IMG/VR virus record: IMGVR_UViG_3300034161_000018
Coordinates: 1-64,000 of that record
Origin: a virus
Lineage: Duplodnaviria; Caudoviricetes
Length of the DNA stretch: 64,000 nt
Reading direction: 5' to 3' (one strand)
In this document: positions 1 through 8,735 of the stretch, one piece after another
Position numbering within the stretch: position 1 is the stretch's first letter
How the letters are laid out: every line of letters starts with the position of its first letter
Notes under the pieces: model-generated
Databases searched by the model: none
Seen by the model: the letters and a program-made list of their open reading frames with translations, nothing else
What the model was told of the DNA's origin: nothing
Made by a program: the position numbers and the translations under genes

Positions 1-104
1 CGTTTCAGACCTTCCACGTTGATTGGGTCTTTCGCTTTCAGCGTGGTGATGCCGCCGCGAGTGCGAGCCGAAGTATCAACGTCTGGTTTCTTCTTTGCAG
101 CCAT
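1..104 (-). CDS. hypothetical protein, 5' part only (continues past window start)
   Basis: ATG at 104, open frame MAAKKKPDVDTSARTRGG... to window edge. Confidence 0.6.
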   Translation of the reverse strand, partial: MAAKKKPDVDTSARTRGGITTLKAKDPINVEGLK

Positions 105-154
105 TTTCAGAGTTCCTTACTACTGATTGAGATACAACAAGTTTACAGTTTCGC

Positions 155-586
155 TCAGAGGGTCAGTTCAGCGATCAGTGACCGTAGTTCCTGTTCCATG
201 TTCGGTTGTTTGGAATGTTTGCGGATGTGTTCCCGCAAAGAATCGAACTGCACTTTGATAAGGCGCAGCGCTTCCAAACATTCTTGCATATCCCGAATAA
301 CCATTGCCGGGTAATCGGTGTAGATTGGGGAACGCGATTCCGCAAGTACGCGTAACGCATCCCGGCGCTCTACCGCTTCCCTTACTTTGCGTTGTACATA
401 TTCCAGCGTGATACCCATGTCAGATTTTTTCCCTTCGATTATGTCAAAAGTCAGATCAACCGTGCGGACTGACTGTTCACGTTTCTTTGCCTTCGCTTGT
501 TGGTCTTCAACCGAAATCCGAACTTCACGCACAAGGGCCGTGCATGCAACCATCAATTGCGCAAAACCACTTTGTTCACGTCGCAT
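155..586 (-). CDS. hypothetical protein (coiled-coil rich)
   Basis: 143-aa ORF; start overlaps upstream stop (TGATG). Confidence 0.75.
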   Translation of the reverse strand: MRREQSGFAQLMVACTALVREVRISVEDQQAKAKKREQSVRTVDLTFDIIEGKKSDMGITLEYVQRKVREAVERRDALRVLAESRSPIYTDYPAMVIRDMQECLEALRLIKVQFDSLREHIRKHSKQPNMEQELRSLIAELTL

Positions 587-1020
587 CAGCGCTTCCTGTT
601 GTAGCGGCGACTATTGCGCTGCGTTTTGAGTTTCTTGTTTCGGAACTTGCGTTCGCCCGGCGTCAACTCTTTGGGCCGACTGTATTGAGGTCGCGGTTTC
701 GATTCGGTCAGGTAATCGTGTACAGGTTCGGCCACGCAACCAATTTCAATACTTTGTGCCAAGGCCAACGCCGCAAACTTCATTCCGATTCGGCTGGCGC
801 CCAAATGCGTGCGCGTGACCATTCCCATACTGAAACCGCCACCACCGACCACGATAATGTCGCGTTCACGTTCAAGGTATTCCTGTTCGTGTTCCGCCAG
901 CGCTTTTTCCAATTGTTCTGCGGATTCACCGACGTAAATGTTTCCGTTGCGGTCAGGTTGAGTTGCGTAGCCAGCGGCATTCAGCTTTTCGCAAACCTCC
1001 CTTTGCTTGTCTTCATCCAT
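586..1020 (-). CDS. hypothetical protein with basic C-terminal tail
   Basis: 144-aa ORF coupled to neighbours; K/R-rich end. Confidence 0.8.
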   Translation of the reverse strand: MDEDKQREVCEKLNAAGYATQPDRNGNIYVGESAEQLEKALAEHEQEYLERERDIIVVGGGGFSMGMVTRTHLGASRIGMKFAALALAQSIEIGCVAEPVHDYLTESKPRPQYSRPKELTPGERKFRNKKLKTQRNSRRYNRKR

Positions 1021-1358
1021 CAGACGTATTCCATAACGATTTTATTGACTTCATCGAACGCCGCTTGCGGGTCGAAGGTTTGCAGGCGGTACAGATAAAC
1101 TTTCTGTTCCTCGATGCGCTGTTTCAGGTGTTGCACCGAATCCAACACTTCAATCAAATGCACGCCACCAGAAAAACCGACCGGGCCTTTCGAGCCACTG
1201 ACGCGACCGAGCAAACCTTGAATTTGGCGATCCAGTTCTTCGGATACCGGGCGCAGTTTGTAGAAAAGTTGTAACGCACTGCCGAGGCAATCGGTGTAGT
1301 GCTGGCCGTGGTCAATTTCCGCTTTCGATTTCAAATCCCGCAAGTCTTCGGCACGCAT
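1020..1358 (-). CDS. hypothetical protein
   Basis: 112-aa ORF abutting neighbours. Confidence 0.8.
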   Translation of the reverse strand: MRAEDLRDLKSKAEIDHGQHYTDCLGSALQLFYKLRPVSEELDRQIQGLLGRVSGSKGPVGFSGGVHLIEVLDSVQHLKQRIEEQKVYLYRLQTFDPQAAFDEVNKIVMEYV

Positions 1359-2102
1359 TCAGTCCACCATGATCCGGTTGATTTGCATTTTGCGTTCAAC
1401 GACATTCCAAAGCATCTGGTTCTGTTCGCTGTTATGTTCGTCGCGGCAACCGCGATTGAATTCATCCAGACGCCACAGTGCTTTGGTTGCGTAAACATCC
1501 GTGAGAAAAACATGCGGAACGTAAACCAGCACTGCGCCCAATGGAAACTTTACGTTCTTGAGCGCGTCTGCGAGGTTTGACGAATACCCCATGCCGCGAA
1601 GTGTTTGGTTGTCGTGCGAGCCGGTGCCATTCAACAACCAATCTTTCAGTTTGAACGGGTCACAAACAATGCTCGCGTTATGTAACTGGAAAGTGAAATC
1701 TTCATTCACCGCAAGGCCAGCGTCCGGCACTGCCAGTTTGAAACCGGGTGAGAATTCCCATCCGTCTTTAAACGATTCCGGCGCCACGCGAATGTAATAC
1801 GGAATCGTGTTATCTGGTTCGGCCACGTAAGCCGGAATGGTACGGCGAACTTTGCGCGGGTTGCGGAATTCTTGTGGGGCCAGACGATCTTCTGCACGCT
1901 GGCGCTTTTCCATATTGGCGCGAACTTTCCCAAACTCATTCGCCAATGGTGCCCAGTCGCCCGATTGAAGCGCATGTAGGAAAGTGGCGAGCAAATCTTG
2001 GCGCTGGTCAGCCGCACGTTGCAGCGCTTCTTTCTGCGCTTGGGACAAAGGTTTCTTTTCGCGTCCGGAAACATCCGAGACAGAATCAGAGGCCGATGAC
2101 AT
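1359..2102 (-). CDS. hypothetical protein (N-terminal VSDVSGRE motif)
   Basis: 247-aa ORF; AGGA RBS. Confidence 0.85.
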   Translation of the reverse strand: MSSASDSVSDVSGREKKPLSQAQKEALQRAADQRQDLLATFLHALQSGDWAPLANEFGKVRANMEKRQRAEDRLAPQEFRNPRKVRRTIPAYVAEPDNTIPYYIRVAPESFKDGWEFSPGFKLAVPDAGLAVNEDFTFQLHNASIVCDPFKLKDWLLNGTGSHDNQTLRGMGYSSNLADALKNVKFPLGAVLVYVPHVFLTDVYATKALWRLDEFNRGCRDEHNSEQNQMLWNVVERKMQINRIMVD

Positions 2103-2508
2103 TTCCTGCTCCTAAACCGAAATTCATTTCCGGGTTTGCTTCGATCAGTTTGTGAAGGGCCGCAATCGTTTCCTTGCGACTGGATTCGATTGCAAACTTT
2201 ACGTCGTTGCCGTCGATATACACGCTTTTCAGTTCCGGCATAATCAGCGTGCCAACCGGGCCGCGCTCAAGAATGTAGCTCAAGTGGTCGGGGAACCGCA
2301 CGTTCAGAAAGTAAATACCGTGAGGCAACAGTTCCTGAACCATGAGCGGCGCGGTTTTCATTTGTGCGCCGAATTCCGGATCAGAATGCAACATAACCAC
2401 CGGGGCAGTGCCTGCTCTCAAATCGCAAAGCTCAACCCACGTATTGATCGACGGGAATTTCTGCGCGTTACCAACGATTACGCATTTGTCTTGTTTGGCC
2501 TTGAACAT
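2086..2508 (-). CDS. hypothetical protein
   Basis: ORF 2086..2634; start moved to MFKAKQ at 2508 (AAGGGA RBS). Confidence 0.75.
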   Translation of the reverse strand: MFKAKQDKCVIVGNAQKFPSINTWVELCDLRAGTAPVVMLHSDPEFGAQMKTAPLMVQELLPHGIYFLNVRFPDHLSYILERGPVGTLIMPELKSVYIDGNDVKFAIESSRKETIAALHKLIEANPEMNFGLGAGNVIGL

Positions 2509-2519
2509 GGTTTGTTCCC

Positions 2520-2660
2520 TTACGAATTCGGATTTGGAGTGCCGCAGCGGGGGCAGTATGCGAAGTAGCGATAGTTTGTGTACCGCCACATATGGTCGCT
2601 GGAATACGTGTAATACTTTTCGCGCCACTTGCACCCAAAGAGTTTACAGATTAGTGTCAT
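2520..2660 (-). CDS. small Cys-containing (zinc-ribbon-like) protein
   Basis: Hand-translated 46 aa MTLICKLFGCKW...YCPRCGTPNPNS; fills gap, ATGA overlap. Confidence 0.6.
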   Translation of the reverse strand: MTLICKLFGCKWREKYYTYSSDHMWRYTNYRYFAYCPRCGTPNPNS

Positions 2661-3121
2661 TTCTTTTTCTTCTCGACGCTATACCACAGCGGGGACGCGA
2701 AGCCGTAAACTAGAATGCCCAGCGCGAGATACAAACATCCCCATTGCAGTTTTTCCGCTGTGAACGCAAGCGCGGAAGGCCCGCCGTCCAGTTCACGTTG
2801 CGAAACGAAAAGGTCTGTTGGAATTTGTGGTGGGCGACCATCGGGGCCAGTCGCGGCTTTCCACTCGGCTGCCGACCTTTCGTCAATTGGCAGTTGGAAG
2901 ATTTCCAAACCTTGTGAATACGAGGCGAGTTTGAAGAAAACCTTTTGCCCGTCTACCATCTTGGACGTGTCCTCTACGTCAAACAAAATGACGTGTCGGA
3001 CTTCTTTGCGTTTGTAGTTTTCGTGGCGAACGCCAGCTTCTTGTGCGACCAGAACCAGACCGCAAATGGCGAGCACGCCCGCAATAACGCCCCAACGTTT
3101 CAACGTCAACATCCGTGTCAC
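2657..3121 (-). CDS. membrane protein (N- and C-terminal TM helices)
   Basis: Hydrophobic segments at both ends. Confidence 0.8.
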   Translation of the reverse strand: MTRMLTLKRWGVIAGVLAICGLVLVAQEAGVRHENYKRKEVRHVILFDVEDTSKMVDGQKVFFKLASYSQGLEIFQLPIDERSAAEWKAATGPDGRPPQIPTDLFVSQRELDGGPSALAFTAEKLQWGCLYLALGILVYGFASPLWYSVEKKKK

Positions 3122-3122
3122 C

Positions 3123-3560
3123 TCACATCAACATTAGGAAAAGGAGAAACGACAGCGTAAAGAACAGGTAAGACTTTCCGGTTGCGCCGTCTTTGTCTTT
3201 ATCTGGCTGAATGTCTTTTTCAGCGAGATTCATTTCCATAAGCAGAGGCTGGCGCGGAACATACGGACGCCCCATAATCGGCTGGTGCAAAGTGCTGGCT
3301 GTTTCCGCAAACTGGTCAAACGTTTGTTGCGTGATTGGATACTGGAAGTTTCGCTTCGTATCCTTTTCGACAAAGTTGCCGACCAGATAAGTAAGTTTGC
3401 CTTTCTCCGTGGCTTTCGATTCGATACCGGTGCCAATCAAAGAAAGTTCACGCGGCGTTTGCTTTTCGTAAGCGGCGCCAATGTCGTTGTAATGCCAACC
3501 GGCCCACAGTGATGCACCGCCCAACACACAAACAATTAGCGCTCCGTATCCGCTAGACAT
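3123..3560 (-). CDS. membrane protein (N- and C-terminal TM helices)
   Basis: Same topology as 2657..3121. Confidence 0.8.
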   Translation of the reverse strand: MSSGYGALIVCVLGGASLWAGWHYNDIGAAYEKQTPRELSLIGTGIESKATEKGKLTYLVGNFVEKDTKRNFQYPITQQTFDQFAETASTLHQPIMGRPYVPRQPLLMEMNLAEKDIQPDKDKDGATGKSYLFFTLSFLLFLMLM

Positions 3561-3946
3561 TAGCGACGACTCCCTTTATAGCGCGGCACTTGGGCCGGTC
3601 GTTGATTTTCTTTCTCGACTTCTTTTTTGATGGCGCGCTTTTCCGCTGGAGTATGCGGGCGCCAGAATTGCACGTCGCGAACTTCACGGCGAACCCGCAA
3701 CATTCCGGCAAACAATCCGAACGTGTACCAGCAACCACCTTCCCAGTACGCGTCGGTGTAATAACCTTTTTCCAGATGTTCCATGTCAGCGGTACGCACT
3801 GCGCGCCAACCGGGAGTGCGAGGTTTCGTTTTGGTAACGGAACGCCATTCAGGCCCGAGGATCAAATCCGGATCGGTTTCGACTTCTGCAACTTGTGCCA
3901 TTTGAATTTTTCCCAAAAGAATGCCCGTGCAGTTGAACAAACCCAC
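3560..3946 (-). CDS. hypothetical protein
   Basis: 128-aa ORF, coupled to next gene. Confidence 0.7.
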   Translation of the reverse strand: MGLFNCTGILLGKIQMAQVAEVETDPDLILGPEWRSVTKTKPRTPGWRAVRTADMEHLEKGYYTDAYWEGGCWYTFGLFAGMLRVRREVRDVQFWRPHTPAEKRAIKKEVEKENQRPAQVPRYKGSRR

Positions 3947-3958
3947 ACGGGCAGTTGG

Positions 3959-4237
3959 TTACAGGTGTTCGGCGCTTTCGATCAGGATTTCATCGTGACG
4001 CCCGCGACTACCCACGCCGAAAGTTTCGTCGAAACCGGAACACGCAACGCGGCGATCCCACAGTTCAACGGTGCCAGCGGAAATAGGTTTGCCGGTCGGG
4101 ACTTTCGCGAGAGACGTTGCAGCCGAAACGAATTGAGTTGCCTGTTCATTGCTGAAAGCGTGCGAAAACAAAATCGGCAGTTGAACAACGTCGCCATTTT
4201 CACGAACAACTTCAACAATCACATAACGCATTTTCAT
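3959..4237 (-). CDS. small conserved-type phage protein; resembles N-terminus of 21758..22744
   Basis: MKMRYVIV..LPILFS..ISAG..GSRG..D pattern. Confidence 0.75.
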   Translation of the reverse strand: MKMRYVIVEVVRENGDVVQLPILFSHAFSNEQATQFVSAATSLAKVPTGKPISAGTVELWDRRVACSGFDETFGVGSRGRHDEILIESAEHL

Positions 4238-4413
4238 AAAGTAAAACCTCTGTTAACGCTTTGGTCGAGTTACGGTTGGCATGCCCGGAAGATCGAGCGG
4301 TTTGACGACAGGCATTTGGTTACGGCGTTGCTGTTTCGGAACATCGCCCAGCGTGGCCCACATGGCGTCGAATTGGTTTTGGCACAGAGGGTTTACAGGT
4401 TTTGATTGGCGGT

Positions 4414-4974
4414 TCATTTGCAGAATTCTTGATAAGGGATTGAGGCAACGTCTGGCTTTGCGCCTAGAACGAAAACGAGGTTTTGCGCGGGTTTGATGCT
4501 TTGGTCGCCACGGTCAGCAGCGGCAAACACTTTGGTGAAAGCAACATCGGTTCCGTTCAAACCAATCACGGTCAGCGCTTCACCAACACGCAGCGTAACT
4601 TTTGTGGTTTCGGAACTTTCCGTTTCGCTTTTCCAACTCAGCGGCCCAAACGATTGGTAGCGGTCATAAACAGTTCGCGTACCTTCGATCACCACGCCGC
4701 CTTCCGTTTTTGCGCGGCAGGATTTGGTGTAGACATTGGATTTGTACGGCAACAGCTTGTCGCGATATTCTTGCGTGAACAGCGCGAAGTATCCACCAAT
4801 CAATGAAACGATCAACAAGGTTGCGATTACCTGATAACCACGCCAAACAAATCGACCAACCGTTTTAACCTTTCGGAGTCTGGAGGCAATTTCTTCGCCG
4901 GTCAAGTTACTGACGCGGGCGATCTTGGCAACGGTGCTATCTTCTGGAAAATCTTCTTGAGTGAATTCGCTCAT
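4414..4974 (-). CDS. single-pass membrane protein
   Basis: TM segment VIATLLIVSLIGGYFALF. Confidence 0.8.
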   Translation of the reverse strand: MSEFTQEDFPEDSTVAKIARVSNLTGEEIASRLRKVKTVGRFVWRGYQVIATLLIVSLIGGYFALFTQEYRDKLLPYKSNVYTKSCRAKTEGGVVIEGTRTVYDRYQSFGPLSWKSETESSETTKVTLRVGEALTVIGLNGTDVAFTKVFAAADRGDQSIKPAQNLVFVLGAKPDVASIPYQEFCK

Positions 4975-5008
4975 TTTACTACTTCCTTTTATTAGGTGTA
5001 CCGGGCAA

Positions 5009-5392
5009 TTACAGCCCGGCTTCTTTCATTGCTTTTTCGAGTTTTTCAGGATCGGTGATTCGCAACAGTGCGTACACAAACTTTTGAATGTGTTCGCGGG
5101 CCATGCGTTGCAATTCGTCTTGAGCTTTCGGCGCCCCGAGGTGTTCGCCCGGTTCCGATTGGAATTCTGCAAGCGCGATTCCGTCAATGCACTTGTTGCC
5201 TTCGGTGCTCAGGTACAGCGTGCCATACGCGGTGTTATCCGGGTACGAACGCGAGCACAGATTGAAAAGCGTAATGTCGAAATCCATCTTGCCCATGCAG
5301 TCCGGTTTCCAATCGGTCTGGCTGATACACGCATCGGTCACGGCGAATGAAAGTTTGTTTAAGCGTTCCAGTTGTTCCATTTCTACGCTCAT
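5009..5392 (-). CDS. hypothetical protein
   Basis: ORF 5009..5518; start moved to MSVEME (ATGA overlap). Confidence 0.75.
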   Translation of the reverse strand: MSVEMEQLERLNKLSFAVTDACISQTDWKPDCMGKMDFDITLFNLCSRSYPDNTAYGTLYLSTEGNKCIDGIALAEFQSEPGEHLGAPKAQDELQRMAREHIQKFVYALLRITDPEKLEKAMKEAGL

Positions 5393-5805
5393 GATTTCAA
5401 TACCGCGCTCAGTTCGGCCATCAGGTCTTTCACGCGAGCCAGTTTGGTTTCGGCTTCGCGCAATTGCGATTCGGTGTAGGTCGGAATCATTGGCGTGTTG
5501 CCCACGCTGGTTTCGCAAGTCACGCCTTCAAACGCTTTGCGAATGTCGCCAACGTCTTTGCTGAATGAATAACCTTGTGAACCGGAGGCGAGCCAGCCGC
5601 AAATCAGGTGCATGTTTGTGTAGCCGATTTTTACGGCAGTGCCACCGCAAAGCAAAAGCGCAAAACCTTCGCCGACGTGCGGAGCCAAATCAACCGGGCC
5701 GGAATTCAAACCAACGCCGTTATAAGTTGGCGCGGGCTTTTCGGTTTTCGGCGTATCCCAATCGGCGGGTTCGTAACCATCGTTGTTGATAAACGGGCCG
5801 GGCAT
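5389..5805 (-). CDS. hypothetical protein
   Basis: 138-aa ORF. Confidence 0.8.
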   Translation of the reverse strand: MPGPFINNDGYEPADWDTPKTEKPAPTYNGVGLNSGPVDLAPHVGEGFALLLCGGTAVKIGYTNMHLICGWLASGSQGYSFSKDVGDIRKAFEGVTCETSVGNTPMIPTYTESQLREAETKLARVKDLMAELSAVLKS

Positions 5806-5815
5806 GGCAAAGTCC

Positions 5816-6031
5816 TTATGCGGAAGGCAGGCAGAGAGTGAAGTATTTCACATCCGGTTGTTTTTCTTTCATGGTTGCATGCAGAGCAATTTCGGCACGC
5901 GTGCAATCGTCAACCGCGACGTGGAACGACATTGCAGACGGGGCTTGCGTTTGAACAACGGTGCCGCCGAAACGGGAACCGGTAATGTTTTGAACAAACA
6001 TCCATAATACAAATGCGCCAGTCATGAACAA
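5816..6031 (-). CDS. small membrane or secreted protein
   Basis: 71 aa, hydrophobic N-terminus. Confidence 0.6.
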   Translation of the reverse strand: MFMTGAFVLWMFVQNITGSRFGGTVVQTQAPSAMSFHVAVDDCTRAEIALHATMKEKQPDVKYFTLCLPSA

Positions 6032-6240
6032 TGCTCCAAGTTATTCCGGATGCGCTCCAATTGATCGGCGCGCCAATTGAGATATTTGATAATGCCAACC
6101 ACGCGTTCGGCGTAGGTCTGCTTTGCGATCATGGTGTGGAACAGAACCGGAACCGCAATCTTTTCTTTTCCGGTTTCAACGCAGATGAATACGGCAGGGC
6201 CGCGATCAGTGAAATCGTTATACGTGCTCCACTTTCGCAT
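6022..6240 (-). CDS. hypothetical protein
   Basis: ORF 6022..6342; start moved to MRKWST (AGGGGA RBS). Confidence 0.65.
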   Translation of the reverse strand: MRKWSTYNDFTDRGPAVFICVETGKEKIAVPVLFHTMIAKQTYAERVVGIIKYLNWRADQLERIRNNLEHCS

Positions 6241-6637
6241 GGTGTCGTTTCCCCTTTCTAAGTTTTGCAATGGTCGGGCCTGCATACGCTGTGTGGGTAC
6301 GCTTCGCCAACAGTTTGAACAACGCCGTAAACACAACATCACTTCGGTCGCGCATATGAGTCGTGCGAAACTTTACGCGATTGCGCGTCGTCTGGTTGTA
6401 AATCAAATCAGCCTTTATGATCCAGCTAGACGGCAGACCGCCCCAGCCCGTTTTCTGAAAACGTTTTGGAACGTAAATGTCTACCGCTACGCAATAGAGG
6501 TTGAAACCAGAGGCGAGCTTGAGTTGAAAGACGTGCGGGTCAACTGCAAAAATTGGAATGCGCGTGCTATCACAACAGTCCCATATATGGTCGTATTTGT
6601 GAAAGCCTAAAATGATGCGCTGTAGTTTCTTTTCCAT
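6218..6637 (-). CDS. hypothetical protein
   Basis: 139-aa ORF with GAGG RBS. Confidence 0.75.
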   Translation of the reverse strand: MEKKLQRIILGFHKYDHIWDCCDSTRIPIFAVDPHVFQLKLASGFNLYCVAVDIYVPKRFQKTGWGGLPSSWIIKADLIYNQTTRNRVKFRTTHMRDRSDVVFTALFKLLAKRTHTAYAGPTIAKLRKGKRHHAKVEHV

Positions 6638-6655
6638 ACTCGCCTCGGTGTTCGA

Positions 6656-7150
6656 TTACGCCAACTTCTGGATTTCCTGAAACGTAATCCACTTCGATTC
6701 GCAGCCGGTATGCAACCAGCAAACTTTTACGCCAACGCCGAAACCATTGGTGACGATTTCGGTAATGCGGCCCAGTGCATAAACTTCGACCAGCACTTCG
6801 TCGGTTTCGAGAGTGCGCGGCTTATCACCAAACACTTCGATATGGCCGGACAGGTCGTTGCAGTATTTTTCTGGAACGCGAACAGTCTCGCCGATGGAAA
6901 GAGAAACAACCGGCTTTGCGTTTTCTTCTTTCAGTGTTTCGCCCGCAACCGCCAGAGTATCTTTGGTTACAGGAATACCCGCGTCTTCCAGAGCAATGCA
7001 GATTTCCAGCCAGTTAATGATTTGGCTGTTCATGCTGCGGTGATGGTCTTTTGCGAGTTGAGCAATCTTTTCGCGCATGTCATCCGGCAGGCGGATAACG
7101 AATTTGTCAGCGGTACGGGACGAGTAGACTGCTTGTTTGTTCGGGGTCAT
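6656..7150 (-). CDS. Arc-family ribbon-helix-helix regulator, AmrZ/AlgZ-like N-terminal domain
   Basis: [37 protein letters not shown] closely matches Pseudomonas AmrZ as recalled ([37 protein letters not shown]); C-terminus unrelated. Confidence 0.9.
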   Translation of the reverse strand: MTPNKQAVYSSRTADKFVIRLPDDMREKIAQLAKDHHRSMNSQIINWLEICIALEDAGIPVTKDTLAVAGETLKEENAKPVVSLSIGETVRVPEKYCNDLSGHIEVFGDKPRTLETDEVLVEVYALGRITEIVTNGFGVGVKVCWLHTGCESKWITFQEIQKLA

Positions 7151-7171
7151 TGCAATATCCAAGAATCAAAT

Positions 7172-7201
7172 GTGAGTGAAGGGAGCCGTTGGCCGACTCC
7201 C
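7172..7201 (-). terminator. possible intrinsic terminator
   Basis: GGGAGTCGG-CCAA-CGGCTCCC hairpin with weak T tail. Confidence 0.45.
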
Positions 7202-7218
7202 GGTGTTGCTCGGTTTGT

Positions 7219-8403
7219 TTATTCCGGACTAACGCGCCCGAAGTAAACGGTTTTCAGTTTGAAGCGGCTCAGCGCATTTCGCACTGCGGCACTTGGATGT
7301 TTACAGGTTTGTTCAACCTTCACGCTTTCGCGGCGGATCGGCACCATCATGTTTGCCATGATGTTTACGCTGGTATCCGGAATGCCGATTTCGTCTTGCA
7401 GGAAAGCCATTTCGCCATTCTCGGCACTCGACATGGAAGCGGTCGGGCGCTGGTCATCGAAAAACTTTTCGAGAGTTTCCGCAACACTGCCGTTGCTCAT
7501 TTCGTCGAAGTCCAGACGCATTGCCATCGGCGCGAATGTCGATTCGGCCAAATCGAATTCAGCACAACCGCGAGAATGTTCGTCGATGATTGTCAGCAAA
7601 TGCAATTGCTCGACGACTTCCAGTTGGTTGTCCACCAGTTCGGAAATCGGAACGTAAACATTCACCGCCCATTCAACGTACTGGCCTTGGGTGTTCACCG
7701 CTTCGACCAGCAAACAATCGAGACGTTTGAACTGTTTCAGGCCGTCGATATATTTGAGCAACGGTGGGAACGGTTTCGATTCTTTCGTTTTCACTGCATC
7801 GAGAGAATCGTCGGCTTCTTCACTTTCCGTTTCCGCAACCGCTGGCCGTTTGCCCGCCATCGGGTCTTTGCCGCGACGTTTCAGGCCGCTAGGTTTTTCG
7901 TCGCCCGACATTTTGTCCAGAAACGCCGCGACCGGGTTGGTTTTGTCGTCGGTCGCCACCTTATCCAGAAAGGCAGCTTTCCGCGAATTGGCTGGTTCTT
8001 CTTTTGGTTCAACGTCAATGCCGTTGTCTTTGTCCACTTCGGCGATCAGCATTGCAAACAGTTGCGTTTCGTTCTTCACGCGAGCGCTCGGTTTGTCGGC
8101 GTCGATCAGATTGGTGAAACACGATTCGCGAATGGTTTCTGCACTAACATCATTGTCAGCACGGAAAATCGACGTAACTGTTTTGCCCGGACGGTGAATA
8201 ACGATTGTGCCGTTCACCACAATGAGCCACTGGCCGTTGATTGGTTGTTGCACGCGCTCAACTTTGACCATTGATTTGTGAGCAACGAGCGCGCTTTTGA
8301 CTTTGCGCTCCAGAAGAATCGTCCAGCTTTTCTGCAAAGCACTGCCGACTTCTGCCGGTGCGTCTTCGCGGCCCGAAACATCAGATACGAAATTGCCTGT
8401 CAT
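7219..8403 (-). CDS. hypothetical protein (N-terminal VSDVSGRE motif)
   Basis: 394-aa ORF; AAGGA RBS. Confidence 0.9.
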   Translation of the reverse strand: MTGNFVSDVSGREDAPAEVGSALQKSWTILLERKVKSALVAHKSMVKVERVQQPINGQWLIVVNGTIVIHRPGKTVTSIFRADNDVSAETIRESCFTNLIDADKPSARVKNETQLFAMLIAEVDKDNGIDVEPKEEPANSRKAAFLDKVATDDKTNPVAAFLDKMSGDEKPSGLKRRGKDPMAGKRPAVAETESEEADDSLDAVKTKESKPFPPLLKYIDGLKQFKRLDCLLVEAVNTQGQYVEWAVNVYVPISELVDNQLEVVEQLHLLTIIDEHSRGCAEFDLAESTFAPMAMRLDFDEMSNGSVAETLEKFFDDQRPTASMSSAENGEMAFLQDEIGIPDTSVNIMANMMVPIRRESVKVEQTCKHPSAAVRNALSRFKLKTVYFGRVSPE

Positions 8404-8430
8404 GATTGCATTCCTTTATTTGCGATTGGA

Positions 8431-8703
8431 TTAGTGAAGCGTTTCCAGCGATTGGCCGAAGTCCAAAACGTTTGCCAGTGCATCGAACGTGAATGAACCG
8501 TCCGATTTAATTGTTTGGTAAACGTCGTTGTCCACCGAAACGATCAGGTCAACACGCGACTCGAAACGGGAGCCGATTTGTTTATCGACGTGCAAGACGC
8601 GCCAGTCTTCAAACTGACCTTGATGGGACAAAACTTTTTCAAGCTGTTCCGGTGCCAACACTGAAAGGGCAGGCACTCGATACACATACACATAGGATTT
8701 CAT
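8431..8703 (-). CDS. hypothetical protein
   Basis: 90-aa ORF; GAGG RBS. Confidence 0.75.
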   Translation of the reverse strand: MKSYVYVYRVPALSVLAPEQLEKVLSHQGQFEDWRVLHVDKQIGSRFESRVDLIVSVDNDVYQTIKSDGSFTFDALANVLDFGQSLETLH

Positions 8704-8735
8704 AACTGCCTCTCCAGTGTTGGTGAATGGAATGT

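Noticed and set aside
586-1020. DIIVVGGGG as a Rossmann FAD-binding motif
   Set aside because: The protein is too short and lacks the rest of the fold; probably coincidental.
4299-4397. 32-aa ORF MNRQSKPV... in the 4238-4413 gap
   Set aside because: Too short and without a clear RBS or motif.
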